Below are positions 50,335 through 60,634 of a DNA stretch of 64,000 nucleotides, piece after piece. How positions within the stretch are numbered: position 1 is the first letter of the stretch; each line of letters opens with the position of its first letter. Origin of the DNA: Vitrella brassicaformis CCMP3155 (Eukaryota > Protista > Chromerida); the NCBI GenBank assembly GCA_001179505.1, contig CDMY01000929.1:124001-188000 (forward strand). The letters run 5' to 3'. A program made the position numbers and the translations under genes. The notes under the pieces were generated by a model. It had not been told where the DNA came from. It searched no databases and saw only the letters and a list, made by a program, of their open reading frames with translations.

Positions 50335-50399
50335 TCCATCGATTCATCCCATTTCAGCTGCATCATCGGCTCCCCCCCTGTCTTTTCTGAGCCAATAGT

Positions 50400-52303
50400 A
50401 TGGTACCGAAAGCTGCCATCTGCCTTTTGGTCAGTGCCGTCTGGGCCCTTCACGTTTGTCCCGCTGTCGCCAGCCTCGAGGATGGCTCTGTGTCTCCTCC
50501 CGGGGCTCACCAACACAGAGGCCCAGCAGGTGGAGTCAAGTCCAGATGTGCTCTCTCTCAGCGCATGTGCAGTGTCTTTTGTCCTGTGCAGAAATCAATA
50601 AGGACAAGGGCGACGAGCACATTCCTCATGCCGTCACGCTTCACGAGCGAGAGGCAACACAGACGCTGAATCACACCCGTAAAGCGGCTGAAATGATACA
50701 GCAGACTCACGGTAGGTACGCGCGTATGCCACATTGAGTCGGCGAATATATCCGTACGCGCCTTCAGCGTCTAAGCATGAGTCTGAGGCGACCGCCCCCC
50801 ATCCCGCAGCCATGAAGGTCGACGTCGACATCCTCACGGAAACATCCGGTGGCCCCCTCACACAGGAGCGCGTGCAGGCCGCCTTCTGTGTTTCAACCCC
50901 AGCAGCGGCAGGGCCAACTGGATCGAGCTGCTCACGCGGCTGCGTGCACTTCCACGCACGCTGGTCTTGTTCCACACGTTGAGGCCCTGGGGATGCAGAT
51001 ACGCGGATCAATCGATCGACAAAGTGGTAATGCAATGGAGTCAGTGGAGGAGACCGATCCTGTGTGGGTGGGTACCTTGGTGTGTCTAGGACCTGTATGA
51101 GTTGCTCCGGGCATTCTTCCAGACGTGCGAATGGCAGGCCAACATCCTCCAGGGGCTGCTCATGGCCGGGGTACAGACACATTGATGACTCACAAGGGCG
51201 CATGTTCCAAATCTCTGTGTTTTGGCAGAAGAAGAATGTGGAGAACTGCCCCTGCAAGGAGACACGGTCTGACGACGACCATTTGCGAGACATGAGCTGG
51301 CCCGACTACAAGGCCTGCTGGGAGTCAGACAAGGCATCCAAATGCAGTACAGACCCAATGAAGAAAGCCTGCGTCCGCCGTGTCTCACTGTCTGTTGGTG
51401 CAGGTTGTGTGATGCAGGAGGTGGAGACGGAGCTGAAGCGCATCCCCGAGGCGACTTTCTTCTACAAGTGCATCACTCTGCAGCCCAAGGAGAGCATCCT
51501 CTGGTCAATCGCCAACATACAGGATGAGATCCTCGAAGGCATCGACCACCTTACAGAGCACGGCGGAGCGTCGGCCTTCATCGACATGGGAGAGCATGTC
51601 AACGCCAGCAGCCTTGATACACACATCACGGACCTGCAAAGTATGGTACGGCGATTTGGTAACTAACGGAAACGCAGTGGGTGGCTAAATGTATTGTCTG
51701 CTTGTGTGCGGCAGACCAACGACACGGAGTTCATGTCGCTGCTGCAAGAGGCCGAGGGCAATCCAGACAACCAACACATCACCGTTCCAAAATACATCAG
51801 CAAAGCGGTGAACAGATCGAACCCACCGATTGTGTCTCCCTCCGACCCTGTTTGGCTGGCCGCGATAATGCAGGCCTTCTTCAGCTTCTTCATGAAGCTG
51901 ATGCCCTACCTGCCCACAGAGCACCCCGGCCACACAGAGGGCGGCGGCGAACACGAACAGTATCAGCACGAGAGCGCCGGCCCCGGTGGGAAGAAGGGCA
52001 AGTGCGAGAGATCGCCCAACGTGTTGGTGGACCACCTTGAGGGCCACGAGAGGGGACGCATGATCGTCTGGCGGCTGGCCCAGAAGGAGTTCGTCTACGA
52101 TGCCTGGGTTTACCTCATGGCTGGGGTGCGCCATACGCACGCACACACACACGAAGGCACACACACAGTGCACACGACGATGAAGCATGTGCGTGTTGTG
52201 AGCGCAGGGTCGCGAGGGTCTTGGCCCCGCCATGTTTTCTAAGGCGCTGACGTACCGCCATCAGGTGCTGCACTCACAGGAGCTCAAAACAGGCGCGTGC
52301 TGA
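50400..52303 (+). CDS. Hypothetical secreted Cys-containing protein
   Basis: Signal-peptide-like MVPKAAICLLVSAVWALHVCPAVAS. Phase-consistent exons include NCPCKETRS...WPDYKACWESDKASKC, TFFYKCITLQPKESILWSIANIQDEILEGIDHL and MIVWRLAQKEFVYDAW. Confidence 0.6.
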
Positions 52304-52610
52304 GCTGGCGGCCTGGCGCACCGGAAGAAGGAGACAGACAGGCAGAGAGAATGTGCCCTACGTAAGGACTACAATACATTCATGAATGACACTCAGACTT
52401 GATTTGTCATGGCACACCAAGTCATGAAGCCACCACCATGTCTGTCCACTGGGCTCGGTGCCATTCTTCAAGGCATGTACTCATTATTCTACAGACAGAC
52501 AGGGCCATGCACTCACTCATTTGTCAGTCGGCAGCAGGCTAGACTGACACGATTAGGTCGGTCAGAAGACCTTGATACAGGCCTACAAAGCCCTCAAACA
52601 TCTCTCTGCC

Positions 52611-53246
52611 TCAATAGACCAATACAATCAGCTTCCAATTCCGCAAGTATCTCCAAAGGTCAATGTTCTTGTTCTCCGTGGAAGTGAATCCGTCGGCTTG
52701 GCTGCCATCGACGAACAGCACACCAACCGCCTTATCGCACCCGATCAGAGCAGCATTCAGCTTGCCAATGGCTGCCACTTGACCTGTCTTTTCCACTTCG
52801 TCTGTCATGGCGCTCCAGCTCACTTTGACGCCAACCAGCTGGTGCTTCTTGTTTCTTGATGGGCGGAATGGCAGTTCCCTGCTGACAAATGACTGGACGG
52901 TCCCATTGGAGTCCACATAAGGTCGGTGGGGGTAGGCTTGGAAGAGCTGCGTCACGTTGCCCCACGCATCGGCGGCTCCCTCCATGACGATGTCGACACC
53001 CATGTCGCGGGACCTGGTGGTGCGCGTCTTGTTCTCCTTCATATAGTCGACTAGAAGCCCTATCAGCTTGATTCCCGTCTCGACCAGCTCCACTTTGTTG
53101 AGAAACTTAGAGTCCACGTTCAAATAACCCGCCTCAAGCAGCCGCTTTTCGATGGTGCTTTCCTGCTGCCCGTCAGGAGTGGTCAGGTGGCCTCGAGCCG
53201 CTGTCTGTCCCAAGGGCCTGACTGCCACATTGGCCTGCATGGACAT
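52611..53246 (-). CDS. Intronless 211-aa protein resembling the Mrr-type/PD-(D/E)XK restriction-endonuclease-like fold
   Basis: A single uninterrupted ORF in an intron-rich genome. It contains TTRSRDMGVDIV (cf. Mrr T..s.DgGiDii), LVGVKVSW (strand-x-K) and a downstream helix plus AVGVLFV strand. Confidence 0.5.
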   Translation of the reverse strand: MSMQANVAVRPLGQTAARGHLTTPDGQQESTIEKRLLEAGYLNVDSKFLNKVELVETGIKLIGLLVDYMKENKTRTTRSRDMGVDIVMEGAADAWGNVTQLFQAYPHRPYVDSNGTVQSFVSRELPFRPSRNKKHQLVGVKVSWSAMTDEVEKTGQVAAIGKLNAALIGCDKAVGVLFVDGSQADGFTSTENKNIDLWRYLRNWKLIVLVY

Positions 53247-53596
53247 CCATACAACATATACACCATAGCTTGAGGGAACAACGGCCCGTCTTGTCTCCCA
53301 GAGGCGGACGGGCTCTCGTCTCTGATGCTGGGATTACCTGTGTGGCTGTCAGTGGGACCACTGGTGGACAGAAACCACTGCCAAAGGGCGGCACGGTCAT
53401 CAGGAGCACCGAAAGAGGGACAAGCTGGAAGCTCATCTCACGACGTGAGCGATGAATGACTAGACAAAAGGATGGCAAGATCCTTCCCCAATGAGTGAGG
53501 AGTCTCCAGACGATGTCGCTGTGAGGCGAGAAAGGCAAAAACGACGGATCGCAGCTGAGCTCGCAGAGAAGATCTGATCATCAACAGCGACAGATT

Positions 53597-56088
53597 ATGC
53601 TGAAGCGTGCCGCATTGCGCGAGGACTCCCTCCGGTGCATCGCTCTCGTCAGCCCTCCCCCCTTCCATTCAGTGCGGCTCGCCAGACGCAATAAGGTTCT
53701 CTTCCACGAGTTCCGCAAGCCGCCGCCCGTCGGCATGAAGTTCAGGGAGCGCCGCGTCGCGTCTGTGACCGAGAACCTCATGGATCACCCGCTTGAAAAC
53801 CTGGCTGGCGAAGATCTGGCCGAGTATGCGTATCGGCTGCACAGGACGAAAGAAGCGGGAAGCGACGAGTGGGAGGGGCTGGTCGTGCGCATGACGGAGC
53901 TAGTGAATACGCCACTGCTGAAGGCCAACCACATTGCGCAGCTGCTCAAGTTTCTGGCGAGGGAGAAGGAAAAGCTGACGGATGACTCCCTTGCGCCGCT
54001 TTATGTTGCTCTTGGGGAGAGGCTGCCTTCCTTCGGCGCACAGCCGGCCGCTCGGGCATTCATTGCTTTGTCGGGCCTTGCCGACCTGCCAGAAACAGGT
54101 AACAGGAAAACCACAGTGCGACGGCATAGTACATGCAGTGTGTGTGTTTGTTTGTTTGTTTGTCCCAGGTCATCCCCCATCCGAGAGCCCCTCCGGCAGT
54201 GTGTGGCGTCTGGTGGACACGCTGCTCGAGAGGCTTGAGGACCATTACGTGCGACTGAAGCTGTCGCCACGGTAGGCAATAAGGCAGTGCAGCAGTGCGT
54301 CCAGAGGATGTAATGTGTTTGCTCTCTGTTCCTGATCAGTGCTGCCGCTCTGTACGCATGTGGCTGCGCCCGACTGGGGCTGCCGAGGAGCCCACATAAA
54401 CAGCACAGCCAAGCACTGGTACACAGACAGACACGCTACGCTGTCCGTTTTGCATCTGGGTCGGTTTCTTCCTTCAGACCGTGTTGCGTGACCTGTTGCT
54501 GTGCCCCAAGGCAAAGCGGCTTGCGAGGATGGAGCCATCCGAGCTGCAAGACGTGGTACGGCGGGGCAAGGAAGATGGCGCTCGTTTCTTTCGCGGTGTG
54601 GCACTTGTGGGACTTGTGTGGCTGGGTGAATGTCTGGGTCGCTGGCTGGTTGGTCAGGTGTGGTGTTACGCGTTGGTGGTACCACCAGACCGAGCACTGT
54701 TCGATCACATCGTGTGGAAGGTACTCCAGGAGGGAAAAGGCTCCTGATGTATGCGAAAAATTACACTGTTCAGATCAAAGGCAGTGAGCATCGCCTGCCG
54801 CCCCACGTGTGCATCCACTTGGTCATAGGGTGAGTTCAGCCGAGCCGAGCCGCCTCTTGCAGTCGGTGTATTTATTGTGCTTGCACTGCACGTGTGTCTG
54901 TCATTCTCATTGTCAGCCTGCGTCGAGTTGGCCGCCTCAGAGAGGCCCTCCCTGCCCTGACCACACATCTTTCGACAGGTCGGTAGATAATGCACCAATC
55001 AATGGTCAGCAAGATGCCAGTGGCATTACTGCACGGTCGTCTGGTGTTTGCCGTGTCGTCTCATTCAGTTCAGTCTTTCGAGTGGTGCAGTGCCACGGAC
55101 CTGGCGCGCGCCCTCCACGCACTCATCCCCACACCAGTAACCCCTGATGGCGAACAAACACAATGATCAGCCTTTCACAGACAGTCATTCTCATTCTCTG
55201 TGTGCAGGCCGTGTCGGTGTCACTCCTCTGTCGTGTTGCGAGGGCTTTCGACGGAGAAGGACACTCGGCAGAAGCGTACGCCGCGAAGAGAGAACATGGG
55301 AACGGTTTCACGACCATCCGAACGGGCCTCTTTGTTTGTGCTCAGACTCGGTTGGGATCGCTGGCTCCATCTCCTTCTCAGAGCCGTCAAGAAGGTACGC
55401 AGCCGCGTGTTGATGGACTGTGCCGTGCCACTTTGTCTATATCTCTGTGGGCTGTACAGGGACTTGCCACCGTCACTCGCGCATCAGCTGAGCAGGTCCT
55501 GCCTGAAGACCTCTCCTCGTTTGCTGATAAAGTCGATGTGGTGAACGAGCTCCTTAATGCCCTCGCATCTGAAACGGTCAGCTTTGACGCGGCAACGGAT
55601 GAGGATAGCGAGGCGCAGAGGAAGATCGAGCTTGGACAGGTCAGTCAGTCAGGCAGCACAGGCTCGCGAAAAGGTCCCTCTGTGGTCATGTGCGGTGTGT
55701 CATGCAGCTGTTGCTGAAGCACCTGTCGACGTCATGGCGGGCCAGCAGGGAAGGCGAAAACGAGCCGGAAGAAACCTTGGCCTACAGGAACGGATCCGTG
55801 AGAGCGTCGGAGACCCAGGCACCCGCCGCGTCAGCCAGAGAGGGCGAGGCCATGATCCGAATGCAGCCTTCCGAGGAGGACCCTGATGACGATCCGTGGG
55901 CCGGTGCGCTCGGCAGGCTGCTGCAGAGGAAGGCACGTGAGCAGCGGCTGGCGATACAATCGGTTGATGAGAGTGGGGGTGATGAGTGTGTCGGTGAGGG
56001 GGAGGGGTTGGCCAAGTATGAGAGGAAGGGCCGTGTGGAGGCTTATGAGGTTGTTTTTGGCCCGGAAGAGGCAGACAGGCAGGAATGA
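53597..56088 (+). CDS. Organelle (mitochondrion)-targeted helical-repeat protein, OPR/HPR/FASTK-like RNA-binding candidate
   Basis: Arg-rich N-terminus almost free of acidic residues (MLKRAALR...HSVRLARRNK). Repeat-like helices include MEPSELQDVVWCYALVVPPDRALFDHI and AAALYACGCARLGL. Confidence 0.5.
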
Positions 56089-56304
56089 TGGATGGGAGGG
56101 AGGTGTGCGCGGACATGAGCTCATGACTTCTTGATCTGTCTGCATTTCATGATCGTGCTCAGGAGAATCGATTTATGCAGTGAATTGCATGGAGGATTCA
56201 TTGCAATCAGTTAGCCATCACTCACACGCCCGCACACGGACATTATCCCCTGCAGAAGGCCATCGGACATACCATGTGGCAGCTTGTGTGGTCTTGTGGC
56301 TGAC

Positions 56305-56388
56305 GTATTCAGGTAGCTCTTGACCCCCTTGGTCTCATGGCCAGACTTTTGGCTATGAGACCAAGGGTGTCAAGGGCTATTTGAATAC
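56305..56388 (+). ncRNA. Candidate structured RNA / pre-miRNA-like hairpin (39-bp stem, 6-nt loop)
   Basis: Arms 56305-56343 and 56350-56388 give 34 Watson-Crick pairs, 4 G-U pairs and 1 mismatch on the + strand. There is no expression evidence. Confidence 0.4.
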
Positions 56389-56794
56389 ATCAATACGATG
56401 CCATACACACAAGCTAGCTCTTGCCACCAAGTGTATCTATGTAGCTCATAGCTATTTCTCTACACACTTTGGATGCCACGCCTCCTGTCTCCCTGTCACC
56501 CCAGTGCAGCGTACGCTTCACAGCTGGGCACTCGACCGCACAGCAGTAAGACGTATGCCACTCGAGTGGAAGGAAGTCGGGAGGATCAAAGGCAGATATG
56601 CACCACTCAAGCGAATCCACACATCTCATAGATGGACGTACGTAGGCAGCCCGACAGCTAGGTGGGGAAAACACAGATACGTACGTGTCGATCCGTGTGG
56701 TGAGCGACCAACCGGCCCCCTCGCTCACTGCACTGTGTGTCACCGCATCCTCCCACCAGCCACTCCGCTCGTCCATGTATCTGTCGTCCATCGA

Positions 56795-59169
56795 TCAGGC
56801 ATTTCTCGGCTGCACGGCATCGCTCCCGCGAATGTGCACGTAGATGGCATCGAACGCACGCTGCAACGAGTCCTCATCCTACCACCACACAACGCCCACA
56901 GGCCGACACAATGCTCTTCATAACAAAACCGCCCCGCTCTGCCCTGCCCTGCCCTGCCCTGCTCTGCTCACCTTGAGTCCGAACATGTGTATCTGTCCCA
57001 GCGGGTATATGAACATCTTCAGATTGGGCCTGTACATGCCGCCAGCTGTCGAGGGCGCCGCTGCGCCAGCGCCAACACCGGCAGCGGCAGCAGCAGCAGC
57101 AGCAGCTGCTGGTGCTTGTGCTGGCGGTGGTGGTGCGCTCGCCGCTGCGTCTTTGCCGCCCGCCACGGGCGCCTGGGATCGAGAGGGGCTCAACGGCCCC
57201 GCAGCCGAATCAGCCGCAGCCTGTGCGAATGCATTCATGGATACAAACCAAAGACAGATGGCTGGATGGCTGGATGCGTGTGTCTGTCTGAATGCGCACC
57301 TACCTGTGATGTGGTGGGCTTGGCATCGTCTCTACCTGCGGTGGTGGCGCTGGCGGCCATCCGCGAGTGGCGCACGAAGATGGTGTCCTCACTGATGGTG
57401 CGGACGTCGGCCGGGTTGGCGTGGGCCGGAGGACTTGTGGCGAAGTGCGTCTGCAGCACTATCGCCGGCAACACCTCGGGATCGAACTTCTGATGAAAGC
57501 ATGAGGACAAAACAGCACAGGAGACGGCGAGTGCGTCTGCTGCTGTTGCACGAGTGTGTGGTGTGGTGCACTCTGCGTACCACATCAGCGATTTCGATGA
57601 GGTCGACGGGCTCGTCATCGCGCAGACGCTTTTGGTATGTGTTGGTGAGGTAGCTGTACAGCTGCTGCAGGTGGACGCACCGCTGGCCATCCGCACTCAG
57701 ATCGACCTCAGCTGAGTGAGTGAGGGAAGCACACACGCATCAGAAGACAAGATCGATGGCAACGTTTGCCTGCGTATGTGCAGAAAGGTGTGTAGGTACC
57801 GATTAGGTGGAGGGCTTTGAGCGACGTCGTGTCGATCGGCACCTCGGGATGATACTGATCGCTGTACATCTCCTTGATATACCTGTGCACCCACACCCAC
57901 ACCCACACACACAAAAGGCGTGCAGGCTTAGTGTGTGAATGCGCTGTGTGTGTGCTAGACTTACTCCTCGTAGGCATCGACGGCGCTCTCGGGCGTCTTG
58001 GAGACAAACAGAGCCGATGCATTCTGATGGAACCACGAGGGCGTCTTGTCCCGGCCCAAACGAGCCACAACACGGTCGCCCTGCACTCATTCACATGTAC
58101 ACGTACAGTGAGTGCCACACGTCAGTCACAGCTGCGTCTGGCGGGCAGGTTAGGTGTTCGCTACCTTGGTTGATGTCTTGAAGAACGGCGCCTCGACATC
58201 CTCAAAGGGAAAGGGCCGCTCTGGGTCCACCCACGACGCGAAGTGGCCACAGATGAGATACCGCCTGATGGTCACTGCCGGGCCTTTCCTCTCCCTCTTG
58301 GCCGGGCTGCCGATGGAGACGAGACTGCCCGACCGGTCCACACGCATCCTCGGCGGCTCGCCTCCAAATGGCGGCATCATTGGGAAGGGAGGCGATGGCC
58401 ACGGCTGCGTCAAGTGGGGGTACGGGGCGGCGCCGGCAGGCATGCTGGCCATCGGACGGAATATGGGATGCATGTGGTGGGGAAAGCCCGAGGGGTAGGG
58501 GGCCTGCGGTGGGGGGCCTCGGAACTGCGCACACACAAACAGATACGTAGGAGGCTTTCGACAGTGACCGTTGGGTTGACAGTCACATCACATGCCTGCC
58601 GTACTTACCTGTTTCCTCTGCGGCGGCTGCATGCCCATCGTGCCGCCCCCAACGCCGACAGGCGACTTCTCGCGCTTGTAGGCCGACATGGCCGGAGGAG
58701 CAAATTGCCGCCCACCAGCGCCTGCAGGACCACCACCTCCAGCAGCTGCAGCAGCTGCAGCTGCAGCTGCAGCTGCAGCGGCTGAAGGGAACGGTGCTCC
58801 GGTGGAGAAGACGTTCCTACCGCCGCCGCCGGCATAGTGCTGCATCCCAGGGCCCCCTCCCTGCCAGTTTTGCAGGTTGACCGATGGGAAGGGCTGCACC
58901 CGTGCCTGTGGGTGCTGCTGCAGCCGTGGTTGCGGCTGTGTTGGCTGGCGGCCCGCCAAAGCGTTCCCCAGCGACGTCATCGGAGCTTGTGGTGGACGTG
59001 GCTGGTTGCCGCCCTGCTCGCTGGCAGCGTCTACATCCACATCGATGACGTCGGCTTCCATGGGCGGCTGGCGTGACGCGGGTGGGCCGACTGCTGAAGC
59101 AGGAGGCCTCCCGTGGAACGTGTGGCGCGAACTCATGGGCACCTCCTTCCCACTACCGCCGCTCATCAT
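56795..59169 (-). CDS. Highly divergent TATA-binding-protein-like factor (TBP/TRF/TLF fold), 589 aa, 8 exons
   Basis: Exons are 59169-58609, 58524-58165, 58080-57965, 57882-57800, 57711-57581, 57489-57304, 57220-56972 and 56878-56795, all in phase. VVARLGRDKTPSWFHQNASALFVSKTPESAVDAYEEY aligns to TBP repeat 1. KFDPEVLPAIV and RPNLKMFIYPLGQIHMFGLKDEDSLQRAFDAIY align to repeat 2. Confidence 0.7.
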
Positions 59170-59419
59170 CCTGAGGAAGCAACAGCGACAGATCTGCCTC
59201 TTTTCCCTTCAGCTCGCAAGCTAGGGTTCGTCGAGAAACCGCTCGTCGCAAGGGTGGTGTCTTGTTCAGGATCCAGAAGGCTCAAGATAGACTTCGCTTG
59301 TCGATAAGCAGAGACTTTTCGAGGCTTGTTTCGTCAAGCGACTGTTGGTCTCTTGTCGAGTTGAGTGCCAGCAGGAGAGCCTTTTCTCTGTCGTCATAGT
59401 CTTTGTATCAGCGTATAAG

Positions 59420-60634
59420 ATGCCCGTTGCTGGAACCAGCGCCATCCTCTCGTCGCATGTCGCCCTGGGGCGGCTACAGGAGGCGTGGAAGCGCATGGAC
59501 GACTCCCACCTGCGCGTGGACGCCATCTTTGGCCGCCCCTCCATCCAGCGCGCCAACTACACCGCCATGCTCACCAGCATCGCAGGAATGACCCCCGACA
59601 AGCAGGTAGTCCACCCCGATGGCAGATGCCCCCACACAGGAGATTTCGATTACCTGTCTGTCTGTCTGTGTGTGTCAGATGGAGGCCCTCAGCCAGCTCA
59701 AGCAGGAGGCGGCTGACGTCACCCAGACCATGGCGGGCATCGACGAGGAGTTCCGCCGGTCCAAGGACAACGGAATGCAAATAACCGTAGCTCATCTCAG
59801 TGGTACGCGGCCAACACACACCGAGCCACCGGTGCACTCCCACAACGACAACTGCAACGTCCCTCTCGATGATCCGCACCTCCATATCGCTGGCTGGTAT
59901 CTGCGTGTGTCAGGGAAGCGTTCGGTTCTGGATGTGACTCCGTACGACACTGTTGAAGAGGTCAAGGCCAAGATTCAGGACAGGGAGGGCATCCCGCCGG
60001 ACCAGCAGCGGCTCATCTTTGCTGGGAAGCAACTGGAGGACGGGCGCCTCCTCGCCGACTACAACATCCGACACGGGGCAACCCTCCACCTCGTGCTGCG
60101 ACTCCGCGGTAGGGACACCTGCCTGTCTGCCTGCCTTCCTGCCTGCCTCCTACACACGCAGAGGGTCTCTGATGGATTTTGTCTCTTCATTCCATCTGCT
60201 CAGGCGGTATGTTTCACATCAGCAGTGGTCGTGAGGGCTGGGGTTCGGCCGAGATGACCGATGGGGAGCGCCAGAGGCAGGAGCAGCGGGTGGCCATGGC
60301 CAAAGAGCGGCTCGCCGACCTGGGCATCGACAACACGGGCATCGAGAACGACGAAGAGCTCATCGACGAGGCCATCTTCAATGACCACGAGCTCGAGGCT
60401 GCCAAGGGCTGCAAGGAGGACGGCTACGGACAGGCCCTCGTCGATGCCTGGAGCAACAACGAGGAGGTGAGCCAGACGACACACACACACACACACTCAC
60501 ACACAGGGGGTCGTGAATGTGTGCGTGTGCTTCGTTGTCATGGCCAGGTGCTAGAGATGGTTCGTGAGCTGACGGCGGCGTTCGAGACGATGAGCGCCAC
60601 GAGCGACCGTCTGGTGCAGCGGCTCTCCATCTAA
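59420..60634 (+). CDS. Protein with an internal ubiquitin domain (57/76 identical to ubiquitin, intact LRLRGG) flanked by N- and C-terminal extensions
   Basis: Five exons. The spliced peptide reads [86 protein letters not shown]. Confidence 0.9.

Noticed and set aside
39745-53246. Idea that the C5-methyltransferase and the REase-like ORF form a restriction-modification system
   Set aside because: They are more than 11 kb apart with unrelated genes between them. The methyltransferase has introns and the DNMT2-specific CFT motif, so it is a tRNA enzyme.
56381-56923. ORFs 56414-56791 (-) and 56381-56923 (+)
   Set aside because: They lie beyond or overlap the TBP-like stop at 56795 and show no motif. 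They are likely 3' UTR.
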